Source: Acidimicrobiia bacterium (GTDB lineage: Bacteria > Actinomycetota > Acidimicrobiia > IMCC26256 > JACDBD01). From it: a DNA stretch of 64,000 nt. Position 1 is the first letter of the stretch, and every line of letters begins with the position of its first letter. The notes under the pieces were generated by a model that saw only the letters and a program-made list of their open reading frames with translations, had not been told where the DNA came from and made no database searches. The translations under genes and the position numbers were made by a program. The stretch spans positions 3,787 to 67,786 of the forward strand of contig JBPCMN010000085.1 in assembly GCA_051002235.1 (NCBI GenBank). The letters are read 5' to 3'. Positions 1 to 8,168 of the stretch are shown here, in pieces.

Positions 1-885
1 CAGGAGCGGCCGGAGGCGTTCACCGTGCGGCCGTGGGAGGAGACCGACGACCCGATCGGTCTCGTCGCGAGGCTGGCGGGCCCGGCGGGAACCGCCGCGA
101 TCGGCGACCAGACCTGGGCCCGCTTCGTACTCGACCTGCAGGCGGCGATGCCCACGACGCGCTTCCGCAAGGCGAGCGAGGTCACCGGCCCGCTCCGGAT
201 CGTCAAGGACGCCGCCGAGGTAGCGGCCCTCCGGGCGGCAGCGCGCGCAGTCGACGAGATCGCGTCGGCGATGCGCGACCGGCCCTTCGCCGGGCGGACC
301 GAGGCCGAGATCCACCGTGAGCTGGTCGACCGGATGCTCGAGCTCGGCCACGAGCGCGCCAACTTCGCCATCGTCGCCAGCGGGGCGAACGGCGCGAGCC
401 CGCACCACGAGCCGGGCGAACGGACGATCGCAGCCGGCGACGTGGTGCTGTGCGACTTCGGCGGCACGATGCGGAGCTACTGCTCCGACATCACCCGCAT
501 GTTCGTGGTGGGGGAGCCCGATTCTGAGGTTCGTGACGCTTACGCGGTGCTGGTCGACGCCCAGGAGCAGGCGGTGCGGGCCGCCACGGTGGGCACCCCG
601 TGCGAGGAGGTCGACGCCACCGCTCGCCGGGTGATCGGCGACGCGGGGTTCGGGGATCGCTTCATCCACCGTACCGGCCACGGGATCGGGATCGAGGCGC
701 ACGAGGACCCGTACCTCGTCGCCGGCAACGCCCTCCCGCTCGCACCCGGTCACGCGTTCAGCATCGAGCCCGGCATCTACCTGCCGGACCGGTTCGGGCT
801 GCGGCTCGAGGACATCGTCCTTGCCACCGACGAAGGCCCCGAGCGGTTGAACGAGGCGCCCCGCGATCTTGGGGTCGTGGACTGA
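1..885 (+). CDS. Xaa-Pro aminopeptidase (M24B family), 5'-truncated by window edge
   Basis: Frame is open from base 1; metal-ligand motifs CDFGG, CSDITR, HRTGHGIG, HEDP, SIEPGIY, RLED. Confidence 0.9.
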   Translation, partial: QERPEAFTVRPWEETDDPIGLVARLAGPAGTAAIGDQTWARFVLDLQAAMPTTRFRKASEVTGPLRIVKDAAEVAALRAAARAVDEIASAMRDRPFAGRTEAEIHRELVDRMLELGHERANFAIVASGANGASPHHEPGERTIAAGDVVLCDFGGTMRSYCSDITRMFVVGEPDSEVRDAYAVLVDAQEQAVRAATVGTPCEEVDATARRVIGDAGFGDRFIHRTGHGIGIEAHEDPYLVAGNALPLAPGHAFSIEPGIYLPDRFGLRLEDIVLATDEGPERLNEAPRDLGVVD

Positions 886-888
886 GGC

Positions 889-1662
889 GTGCAGCTCGAT
901 CTGGCGACCGTCCTCCTCCAGTGGTCGACCGGCGGGCTGCTGTTCTGCTGGGTGACGACGCGCCGCCGCGAGGTGGGCCCGGGGTACGGGTGGTTGCTCC
1001 GAGGTGTCTTCCTCGTGCTCGCGGCGGGCAGTGTCGTGGCCGGTCGGGTCACGGGCGACGGGACGAGCGAGGTGGTGCGCGACCTCGGCGCCATGGGCGT
1101 GGTCGCGGGCGCCGCGGTCGCATTGACGCGGTCGATCACGCGACGCGGCGGCGCAACCCGCGGCGTCGAGTTTCCGCCATCGCTGGACCTGGTGGCGCCG
1201 GTGGCCGGACTGGTCGGGCTGGCGGCGGCGGCGGCCGCCGCCGGCGGTCCGTACCCGCTGAGCCTGGCACGCGTGGTGGTCGGTGCACTGTTCCTGGGCG
1301 CGGTCACCGACGCGATGCTGCTGGGACACTGGTACCTGGTGCAGCCGGGGCTGGACCGTGCCCCCATCCGCCAGCTCGTGGTGCTGAGCACCGTCATCTG
1401 GCCGTTCGAGGTGGCCGCGCTGCTGTGGCCGACCGGGATGGCTCAGGTCTTGGACGGAACCATCGAAGACGGTTGGGACGGCCTGCTCGGTTGGACGTGG
1501 GCGGTGAGCGCGGCCACGACCATCGGGTTGCTCGTCCTCACGTGGCTCGCGCTCGGGGAGCGCTCGTACTCTGCCGTGATGGCGGCGACCGGGCTCCTCT
1601 ACCTCGCGATCCTTACCGCGTTCGGCACCGACCTCGTCGCCCGGGCGGCGCTGGCGGGATGA
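889..1662 (+). CDS. Polytopic membrane protein of unknown function (AMLLGHWYL motif)
   Basis: 257-aa ORF with about 7-8 hydrophobic segments; GTG 3 nt after the upstream stop; GC-rich third codon positions. Confidence 0.75.
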   Translation: MQLDLATVLLQWSTGGLLFCWVTTRRREVGPGYGWLLRGVFLVLAAGSVVAGRVTGDGTSEVVRDLGAMGVVAGAAVALTRSITRRGGATRGVEFPPSLDLVAPVAGLVGLAAAAAAAGGPYPLSLARVVVGALFLGAVTDAMLLGHWYLVQPGLDRAPIRQLVVLSTVIWPFEVAALLWPTGMAQVLDGTIEDGWDGLLGWTWAVSAATTIGLLVLTWLALGERSYSAVMAATGLLYLAILTAFGTDLVARAALAG

Positions 1663-1696
1663 ACCCGCGTTCAGCCGAGGCTGAGTAAGGCCCGAC

Positions 1697-1702
1697 TACT
1701 AT
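1697..1702 (+). promoter_or_regulatory. -10 element (TACTAT) of the wzm operon; TCAGC-CGAG-GCTGA palindrome at 1671-1684 over the expected -35
   Basis: TANNNT hexamer followed by 7 nt and ATG(1710), the spacing seen at many other genes in this window. Confidence 0.55.
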
Positions 1703-1709
1703 CGACACC

Positions 1710-1766
1710 ATGCTCGTGTCGCGCGCCACTGCGTCGCGCCCGACGGTGCCGGCGACGACGGCATGA
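1710..1766 (+). CDS. Putative leaderless upstream ORF (18 aa, MLVSRATASRPTVPATTA) overlapping the wzm start
   Basis: ATG 7 nt after TACTAT; its TGA (1764-1766) overlaps the wzm ATG (1763-1765) as ATGA. Confidence 0.4.
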   Translation: MLVSRATASRPTVPATTA

Positions 1767-2587
1767 CGCGGGTGGCTGAGTACTCACAGGCGCGAGAGCT
1801 CGCGGTCAACCTCACGCTGCGAGAACTGCGCGGCCGGTACAAGCGGTCCGTGCTGGGTTGGACGTGGTCGCTGCTCAACCCGCTGGCCAGCGTCGTGATC
1901 TACTCGATGGTCTTCTCGTTCTTCCTCAAGATCGAGCCCCCCGTCGGCGAGCCCAGCGGCCTCCACAGCTTCGTCCTCTTCCTCCTCTGCGGCCTGCTCC
2001 CGTGGAACTTCCTCTCCAGCGGCGCTAACGCTGCGATGGGGGCGCTGGTCGGGAACGGCAACCTCATCAAGAAGGTGTACTTCCCTCGCGAGATCCTGGT
2101 GGGGTCGGCGGTGGCGGCGCACGTCATCACGCTGCTCATCGAGCTCGGAGTCCTCGTGGTGGTGTTCCTCATCGGGGGGAACATGGTGCTTCCTTGGATT
2201 CCGGTCGTTCTCGGTCTGATCATCATCCAGACCGTGCTTGTCGCCGGCGCCGGACTCGTGCTCAGTGTCCTCAACGTGTACTTCCGCGACGTGCAGCACT
2301 TCGTGCCGATCGCGCTGCAGGCGCTCTTCTACGCGACCCCGATCGTGTATCCGATCCGGTTCGTGCCCGATTCCGCGGACGTGTTCGGGGTGGGGATACC
2401 GGTGGGGGTCCTGTACCGACTCAACCCGATGGTCCACCTGGTCGAGGCGTACCGCGATGCCTTCTACGATCTGCGGTTCCCGACCGCAGGCTCCGTCGCC
2501 TACCTGCTGGCGTGGGCCGCCGCCATGCTCCTCTTCGGGCTGTGGGTGTTCTCCCGTCTCGACCGGCGTCTGGCCGAGGAAGTGTGA
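1763..2587 (+). CDS. wzm: ABC-2 polysaccharide export permease
   Basis: RELRGRYKRSVLGWTWSLLNPL, NGNLIKKVYFPRE, VYFRDVQH, FYATPIVYP and LNPMVH motifs; about 6 TM segments; directly upstream of wzt. Confidence 0.93.
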   Translation: MTRVAEYSQARELAVNLTLRELRGRYKRSVLGWTWSLLNPLASVVIYSMVFSFFLKIEPPVGEPSGLHSFVLFLLCGLLPWNFLSSGANAAMGALVGNGNLIKKVYFPREILVGSAVAAHVITLLIELGVLVVVFLIGGNMVLPWIPVVLGLIIIQTVLVAGAGLVLSVLNVYFRDVQHFVPIALQALFYATPIVYPIRFVPDSADVFGVGIPVGVLYRLNPMVHLVEAYRDAFYDLRFPTAGSVAYLLAWAAAMLLFGLWVFSRLDRRLAEEV

Positions 2588-2589
2588 CC

Positions 2590-3801
2590 ATGGACCCAGC
2601 GGCCATCACGGTTGCCGACGTCTCGAAGCAGTATCGCCTCTACCACGAGCGCAACCAGTCGCTGAAGGCGTCGGTATTGCGGGGACGCCGCGCCCGGTAC
2701 GAGGAGTTCTGGGCTCTGCGCGACGTCACCTTCGAAGTCCCGGAGGGAGCGACGTTCGCGCTCGTGGGCGACAACGGGTCGGGCAAGACGACCTTGCTCA
2801 AGTGCATCGCCCGCATCCTGCGCCCCGACGAGGGCCGGATCGCGGCGCGGGGCAAGATGTCGACCCTCCTCGAGCTGGGGGCGGGGTTCCACCCCGAGCT
2901 CTCGGGCCGTGACAACGTCTATCTCAACGGCTCCATCCTCGGCCTCCGCAAGCGCCAGATCACCGAGCGGTTCGACGAGATCGTCGACTTCGCCGGGCTC
3001 GAGGAGTTCATCGACATCCCGGTGAAGAACTACTCGTCGGGAATGTACGTGCGGCTGGGGTTCTCGGTGGCGATCAACGTCGATCCCGACATCCTGCTGG
3101 TCGACGAGATTCTGGCCGTCGGCGACGCCGAGTTCCAACGGAAGTGCCTCGAGAAGTTCGACGAGCTCCAGTCGCGGAACAAGACGATCGTCATCGTCAC
3201 CCACTCGCTCGATCAGGTGCGCAACCTCTGCGACACGGCGGCGTGGCTCGACCACGGTTCCCTCCACCGCCTCGGTCCGGCGGCCGAGGTCATCGACGAG
3301 TACCTCACCGAGGGCCACACCGAGCGTGTCGCCGACGGCGACCACGGTGCGCGCTGGGGCTCGGGCGAGGCTCGCATCGAGCAGATCGAGCTCCTCGACG
3401 CGTCCGGGGAGCCGGTCAAGCGGGTGCGAACCGGCGACACGGTCGTCTTCCGGCTCCATTACCAGTGCGACACGCACATCGAGCGCCCGATCTGGGGGAT
3501 CGCGCTCTTCACCTTCGACGGGGTCTTGGTCACCAGCCCCAGCACTCGCGAGGCCGGACTCGTCCCCGACGCCGTCGATCCCGGCAGCGCGGGATACCTC
3601 GACCTGCGGGTCGAGCGGCTTGTGCTGCTCCCCGGCACCTACGACATCAGTGCGTCGCTGATGAACTACACGCGCTCCCACGAGTACGACATGCGCCACC
3701 GGGCTTTCCGTTTCGACGTCGAGCTGGGCGACCCCCACGAGGAGCTCGGTTTCATGTCGCTCGGCGGTGTCTGGGAGGGCGACGTGCTCGACGACCGATG
3801 A
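2590..3801 (+). CDS. wzt: ABC polysaccharide export ATPase with C-terminal Wzt_C (carbohydrate-binding-type) domain
   Basis: Walker A GDNGSGKT, signature YSSGMYVRLGF, Walker B LLVDE, GDAEFQRKC; ~150-aa C-terminal extension (RTGDTVVFRL...LLPGTYDIS). Start re-assigned to ATG 2590. Confidence 0.93.
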   Translation: MDPAAITVADVSKQYRLYHERNQSLKASVLRGRRARYEEFWALRDVTFEVPEGATFALVGDNGSGKTTLLKCIARILRPDEGRIAARGKMSTLLELGAGFHPELSGRDNVYLNGSILGLRKRQITERFDEIVDFAGLEEFIDIPVKNYSSGMYVRLGFSVAINVDPDILLVDEILAVGDAEFQRKCLEKFDELQSRNKTIVIVTHSLDQVRNLCDTAAWLDHGSLHRLGPAAEVIDEYLTEGHTERVADGDHGARWGSGEARIEQIELLDASGEPVKRVRTGDTVVFRLHYQCDTHIERPIWGIALFTFDGVLVTSPSTREAGLVPDAVDPGSAGYLDLRVERLVLLPGTYDISASLMNYTRSHEYDMRHRAFRFDVELGDPHEELGFMSLGGVWEGDVLDDR

Positions 3802-6296
3802 GGCGGCTCCCGGCGCGTCCCGAGACGCCGGGGAGGGTTTCGGTCGTCATCGTGAACCACCGCGGCGCCCACGACACGCTCGAGGCGTTGGCGGGGGTGC
3901 AGGCACTCGACTGGCCCCGGGACGGACTCGAGGTCGTCGTGGTCGACAACGGCTCCGGTGACGACAGCGCCGCGCGCATCCGGGCGGACTTCCCGGAGGC
4001 CCGCCTGGTCGAGCTGGACGAGAACCGGGGCTTTGCCGCCGGCTGCAACGCCGGGGTCGACGTCGCCGGGGGCGAGTACGTGGCGTTCCTCAACAACGAC
4101 GCTCGCCCGGACGCCGGCTGGCTCGACGCCGCGGTGGCGGTGCTGCGGCGCGACGGCTCGATCGCCGGCGTCGCCAGCAAGGTGCTCGACTGGGAGGGGC
4201 ACACGATCGACTTCGTCGACGCCGGCATGGCCTTCTACGGGCACGGCTTCAAGCTTCGAGCGGGCGAGCCCGACGACGGATCCGGCGACGACGAGGCCGA
4301 CGTGCTCTTCGCCTCGGGCACCGCCATGGTGGCGCGGGCCGAGACCTTCCGAAAGGTCGGTGGCTTCGACGAGCGCTACTTCCTGTTCTTCGAGGACGTC
4401 GACCTCGGGTGGAGACTGTGGCTGCTGGGCCACCGCATCCGCTACGTGCCGACCTCCCTCGTGTTCCATCGCCACCACCGGACCATGGCGCGCTCCGGGG
4501 ACTGGTGCCACCAGTACCTGCTGGAGCGGAACGCGCTGTTCACGATCTTCAAGAACTACTCCGACGAGAGCCTGCGCACGACCCTCCCGGCAGCGCTCGC
4601 GCTGGCGATCAGGCGCGGCCTCACGCTCGGTGGTGACGACCCGCACGCCCTCGACCTGGCCCGCGGTGCCCACGACGACGCCGGCCGCATGGAGGTCGAC
4701 AAGTTCACGCTGGCGGGCGCATACGCGGTGGACGGCTTTCTCGAGGCGCTCCCTCACCTGGCCGAGGACCGGGCGGCGCTCCAGGCCGCCCGGCAGCGGC
4801 CCGACGCCGAGTTGTTTCCCCTCTTCCGGCTCCCGATGTTCGCCAACATCGGCGATGCTTCCTTCGTGCACGGGTTCCGGGCCGCCGTCGACGCGCTGGG
4901 GGTGGAAGGGATGTTCTCGCCCCGCCACCGGGTGCTGGTCGTCACCGGCGACGTGCTCCAGCCCAAGATGGCCGGACCGGCGATCCGGGCCTGGCACATC
5001 GCCGGCGCGCTCGCCCGCGAGCACGATGTCCAGCTGGTCACGACGAACCAGTGCCGGCTGCATCATCCCGAGCTCGGGGTGCGGCACGTCCAAGACCGCG
5101 AGTTGGGCGGCCTCGAGGCCTGGGCCGACGTCGTCATCTTCCAGGGCAACCTCATGCGCCAGCACCGCGACCTCCGAAACTCGAAGAAGGTGCTCGTCGC
5201 CGACATCTACGACCCGTTCCATCTCGAGGTGCTCGAGCAGGCCCGCGATCTCGAACCGCGGGATCGGCTGCACCTGGCGCGTCTGTCCACCGACGTGCTC
5301 AATGAGCAGCTCATGCGGGGCGACTTCTTCCTCTGTGCCAGCGAGAAGCAGCGCGACTTCTGGCTCGGCCAGCTGGCGGCCGTCGGCCGGATCAACCCGA
5401 TGACCTACGACCTGGACGAGAGCATGGGCGCGCTCGTGAAGGTCGTGCCATTCGGCGTGAGCGACGACCCCCCGCGTCACACCCGCCCGGCGCTGCGCGG
5501 GGTCGTACCCGGGATCGGCCCGGACGACAAGATCGTGTTGTGGGGTGGTGGCGTCTACAACTGGTTCGATCCCCTCACCCTGTTGCGAGCCGTCGACAAG
5601 CTCCGCCGCCGCCTCCCGAACGTGCGCCTCTACTTCCTGGGCATGCAGCACCCCAACCCCGACGTCGCTCCGATGCAGATGGCCGCCGAGACGGTGGCCC
5701 TCGCCGACGAGCTCGGGCTGGCCGGCAGCCACGTGTTCTTCAACGACGACTGGACCGACTACGACGAGCGTCAGAACTACCTCCTGGAAGCGGACGTCGG
5801 CGTCAGCACCCACCTCGACCACGTCGAGACCGCCTTCTCGTTCCGCACCCGGATCCTCGACTACATGTGGGCGAACCTGCCGATCGTCGCCACCGCCGGC
5901 GACGCGCTGGCCGGGGTCGTCGAGGAGCGGGGAATCGGTCTCACGGTGCCCGCCGGTGACGTCGACGCGCTCGAGGCGGCGCTCTATCGGCTGCTCGACG
6001 ACGCCGACCTGCACCAGGCGTGCCGCGACGAGCTCGCTCGGGTGGCGCCCGAGTACCGCTGGTCGAAGGTCTTGGAGCCGCTGCTCGCGTTCTGCCGGGC
6101 ACCGGCCCGGGCCCCCGATCTGCTGGACCCGGAGACGGCGGTGACGATCCGCAACGCCTTGCCGCTGAACGCCTGGCGGAAGCAGCGCCGGCGGCGGGAC
6201 CTGCGGGTGGCGATGGCCTACCTCAGGGGAGGGCAGCTGCGGGTGCTCGCAGCGAAGGCGAGGCTTCGGCTCGCCGAGCTCCTGCGACGGTCCTGA
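3798..6296 (+). CDS. Fused GT2-GT4 glycosyltransferase (~832 aa)
   Basis: N-terminal GT2 (VSVVIVNH, VVVDNGSGD, FLNNDA, FEDVDLGWR); C-terminal GT-B (MAGPAIR, LWGGGVYNWFDP, RTRILDYMWANLPIV). ATG 3798 overlaps the wzt stop. Confidence 0.9.
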   Translation: MRRLPARPETPGRVSVVIVNHRGAHDTLEALAGVQALDWPRDGLEVVVVDNGSGDDSAARIRADFPEARLVELDENRGFAAGCNAGVDVAGGEYVAFLNNDARPDAGWLDAAVAVLRRDGSIAGVASKVLDWEGHTIDFVDAGMAFYGHGFKLRAGEPDDGSGDDEADVLFASGTAMVARAETFRKVGGFDERYFLFFEDVDLGWRLWLLGHRIRYVPTSLVFHRHHRTMARSGDWCHQYLLERNALFTIFKNYSDESLRTTLPAALALAIRRGLTLGGDDPHALDLARGAHDDAGRMEVDKFTLAGAYAVDGFLEALPHLAEDRAALQAARQRPDAELFPLFRLPMFANIGDASFVHGFRAAVDALGVEGMFSPRHRVLVVTGDVLQPKMAGPAIRAWHIAGALAREHDVQLVTTNQCRLHHPELGVRHVQDRELGGLEAWADVVIFQGNLMRQHRDLRNSKKVLVADIYDPFHLEVLEQARDLEPRDRLHLARLSTDVLNEQLMRGDFFLCASEKQRDFWLGQLAAVGRINPMTYDLDESMGALVKVVPFGVSDDPPRHTRPALRGVVPGIGPDDKIVLWGGGVYNWFDPLTLLRAVDKLRRRLPNVRLYFLGMQHPNPDVAPMQMAAETVALADELGLAGSHVFFNDDWTDYDERQNYLLEADVGVSTHLDHVETAFSFRTRILDYMWANLPIVATAGDALAGVVEERGIGLTVPAGDVDALEAALYRLLDDADLHQACRDELARVAPEYRWSKVLEPLLAFCRAPARAPDLLDPETAVTIRNALPLNAWRKQRRRRDLRVAMAYLRGGQLRVLAAKARLRLAELLRRS

Positions 6297-7842
6297 CCGG
6301 CGGGCGGAAGTCGGTCGAGGGCAGGAAGCCGCGGTTGTAGAAGGGATCGCGCTCGAGAACGCTGCCCCAGCGTTCGTTGAGCCGCTCCAGCTCCTCGCCG
6401 GCGACCTCGCCGCTGAGCCGGCTCGACCACTCGAAATGGAACAGGGTTGCTTCGGGGCTCAGCACCACCCGCAGGCCCCGGTGACGGAGCTTGAGGCAGT
6501 AGTCGATGTCGTTGTAGTTGAGCGGGAAGGTGGTGGCGAAGCCACCTACGGCCTCGAAGCACGCGCGCTTGGTGAGCAGGCAGGCGCCCGTGACCGCCAG
6601 GTAGTCCGATGGCACGAGGAAGTTGTCGGCGTAGCCGGGGTCGTCACCGGGGAAGCCGTAACACGCGTGACCGGGTCCGCCGCGCCCCACCGCGATGATG
6701 CCCGCGTGCTGGATGCGGTTGTCGCCGAAGAGCAGCTTGGCGCCGACCGCGCCGACACCGGGATCGACCGCGAACATGAGCATCGACTCGATCCAGTCGC
6801 GCGTGATGACCTGGGTGTCGTCGTTGAGCATCAGCAGGTGGTCGCCGCGGGCGTGCAGTGCTCCGAGGTTGATCGCCCGGGCGAAGTTGAACGGCCCGTC
6901 GTAGCCGACGAGCCGCAGCCGGTCGCCGGCGAGATCGTGGAGGCGGGCTCGGGTCGCCTCGCCCGCTTCGTCGCCGATGACGCAGACGATCTCGTAGTTG
7001 CCATAGGTCGAGCGCTTCACCAGGCTCTCGACGCAGTTGGCGACCAGCGTGAGCTGTGTGCCGCGCACCAGCCGGGACCGCCCGGCCGTCGGGATCACCA
7101 CGCTGACGAGTGGCTCCGACGGAAGCCGGGGCCGGAGTCGGTGGAGACCCGGGTGTTCGCCCTCGCCCTCGGCCAGGACGCCGGGGAAGCGGACGCGGGC
7201 CAGGTGCTCGTCGATGACGCGGCGCCCGGCGGCGAGGTCGGTGTGGTGTCCCGCGACCCCCCCGGGGGGCCAGCGGCGGTGGTAGAGGATCTCCGGGAGG
7301 TGGACAACGGCGCCGCCCCGCTCCGTGACCCGGAGGACGAGATCGTGCTCGTGCGCGCCTTCCACTTCGGGCCGGAGGCCGCCGACGGCGTCGACGACGG
7401 CGCGGCGGAGCGCACAGACGCGGCCGGTGTACGGCTGGCACCGGAGGCGGTCGGGTGACCAGCCGGGTTTGAGGAACGGGTTCGAGCGGGCGCCGGCGTC
7501 GTCGATCTCGTCCTCGTCGCTGTACACGCAGTCGGCTCCCGGCGCGACCGCCGCGATCGCGGCGACCGTCGTCGGCGCGAGCTCGTCGCCCGGGTCGACG
7601 AACGCGACGTGTTCGCCGGTCGCTCGGGCCAGCGCCTGGTTGGCGGCGTCGAGCGGGGTTGGTGCCGGTCCCGGCACGACGACCACCCGGCGGTCACCCG
7701 GGCTCTCCGAGGGCGGCAGGGTGCCCGATACCACGAGCTCCCAGTCGCTCCGGGACTGGGCCCGAAGTGACGCGAGTGTGGTGCCGAACCGGGCGGTGTC
7801 GGAGGAGCCCGTGACTGTGATGAACGAGAGCGGTGCGGTCAC
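6223..7842 (-). CDS. Two-domain GT2 glycosyltransferase
   Basis: AFVDPGDEL / YSDEDEID / FLKPGWSPD in domain 1; VSVVIPTAG, FNFARAINLG, LMLNNDTQ-like LNDD, VTGACLL, YNDIDYCLK in domain 2. Confidence 0.88.
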   Translation of the reverse strand: MTAPLSFITVTGSSDTARFGTTLASLRAQSRSDWELVVSGTLPPSESPGDRRVVVVPGPAPTPLDAANQALARATGEHVAFVDPGDELAPTTVAAIAAVAPGADCVYSDEDEIDDAGARSNPFLKPGWSPDRLRCQPYTGRVCALRRAVVDAVGGLRPEVEGAHEHDLVLRVTERGGAVVHLPEILYHRRWPPGGVAGHHTDLAAGRRVIDEHLARVRFPGVLAEGEGEHPGLHRLRPRLPSEPLVSVVIPTAGRSRLVRGTQLTLVANCVESLVKRSTYGNYEIVCVIGDEAGEATRARLHDLAGDRLRLVGYDGPFNFARAINLGALHARGDHLLMLNDDTQVITRDWIESMLMFAVDPGVGAVGAKLLFGDNRIQHAGIIAVGRGGPGHACYGFPGDDPGYADNFLVPSDYLAVTGACLLTKRACFEAVGGFATTFPLNYNDIDYCLKLRHRGLRVVLSPEATLFHFEWSSRLSGEVAGEELERLNERWGSVLERDPFYNRGFLPSTDFRPPVRTVAGARRAEASPSLRAPAAALP

Positions 7843-8159
7843 TCCGACGAGCGGCGGCGGCTTGCCAGGGCGCGCAGCGCCGTGACGGTGCGCAAGATCC
7901 AGCCGAGGGGAGAGCGCTCGATCCGGTCGAGCTTCTGCATCCGCTCCTGGTAGCGCACGAGCTCGGCTTCGAGACGCCGTGCCTCGCCCAGGGCCTCACC
8001 CAGCCGCGCCTCTTGGCCGACGAGGGTGTCGCGTGCGTTGAGGAGCTCCTCCTTGAGCCGGAGGTTCTCGCGGATCAACGTCTCGTCGGCGGGCGTGGCG
8101 CGAGTTTCGGGGGCGGTCGTGCGCGTGGCCCGTACCGACTCGCTCGGGTCGTCCTGCAC
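7839..8159 (-). CDS. Small coiled-coil protein with basic amphipathic C-terminal helix
   Basis: Heptad-like segment LIRENLRLKEELLNARDTLVGQEARLGEALGEARRLEAELVRYQERMQKLDRIE; stop overlaps the next GT start (GTGA); codon usage fits the genome. Confidence 0.65.
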   Translation of the reverse strand: MQDDPSESVRATRTTAPETRATPADETLIRENLRLKEELLNARDTLVGQEARLGEALGEARRLEAELVRYQERMQKLDRIERSPLGWILRTVTALRALASRRRSSE

Positions 8160-8168
8160 GTCTCGATG

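Noticed and set aside
2194-3797. ORF-track N-terminal extensions suggesting giant fusions (wzt from 2194, GT from 3144, rmlD from 10686, GT2 from 12121, iscS from 42274, MFS from 57778)
   Set aside because: The extensions overlap neighbouring genes and are low-complexity Arg/Pro/Gly; internal starts with stop-start overlaps, RBS or -10 elements fit better.
3666-6014. Long antisense and alternative-frame ORFs (e.g. 3666-6014, 11345-13111, 16001-18145, 27099-28907, 37961-39625, 40356-42122, 48743-50161, 55837-57978, 58180-59769)
   Set aside because: They shadow well-supported genes, lack domain motifs, and are expected at this GC content because stop codons are rare on the antisense of GC3-biased genes.
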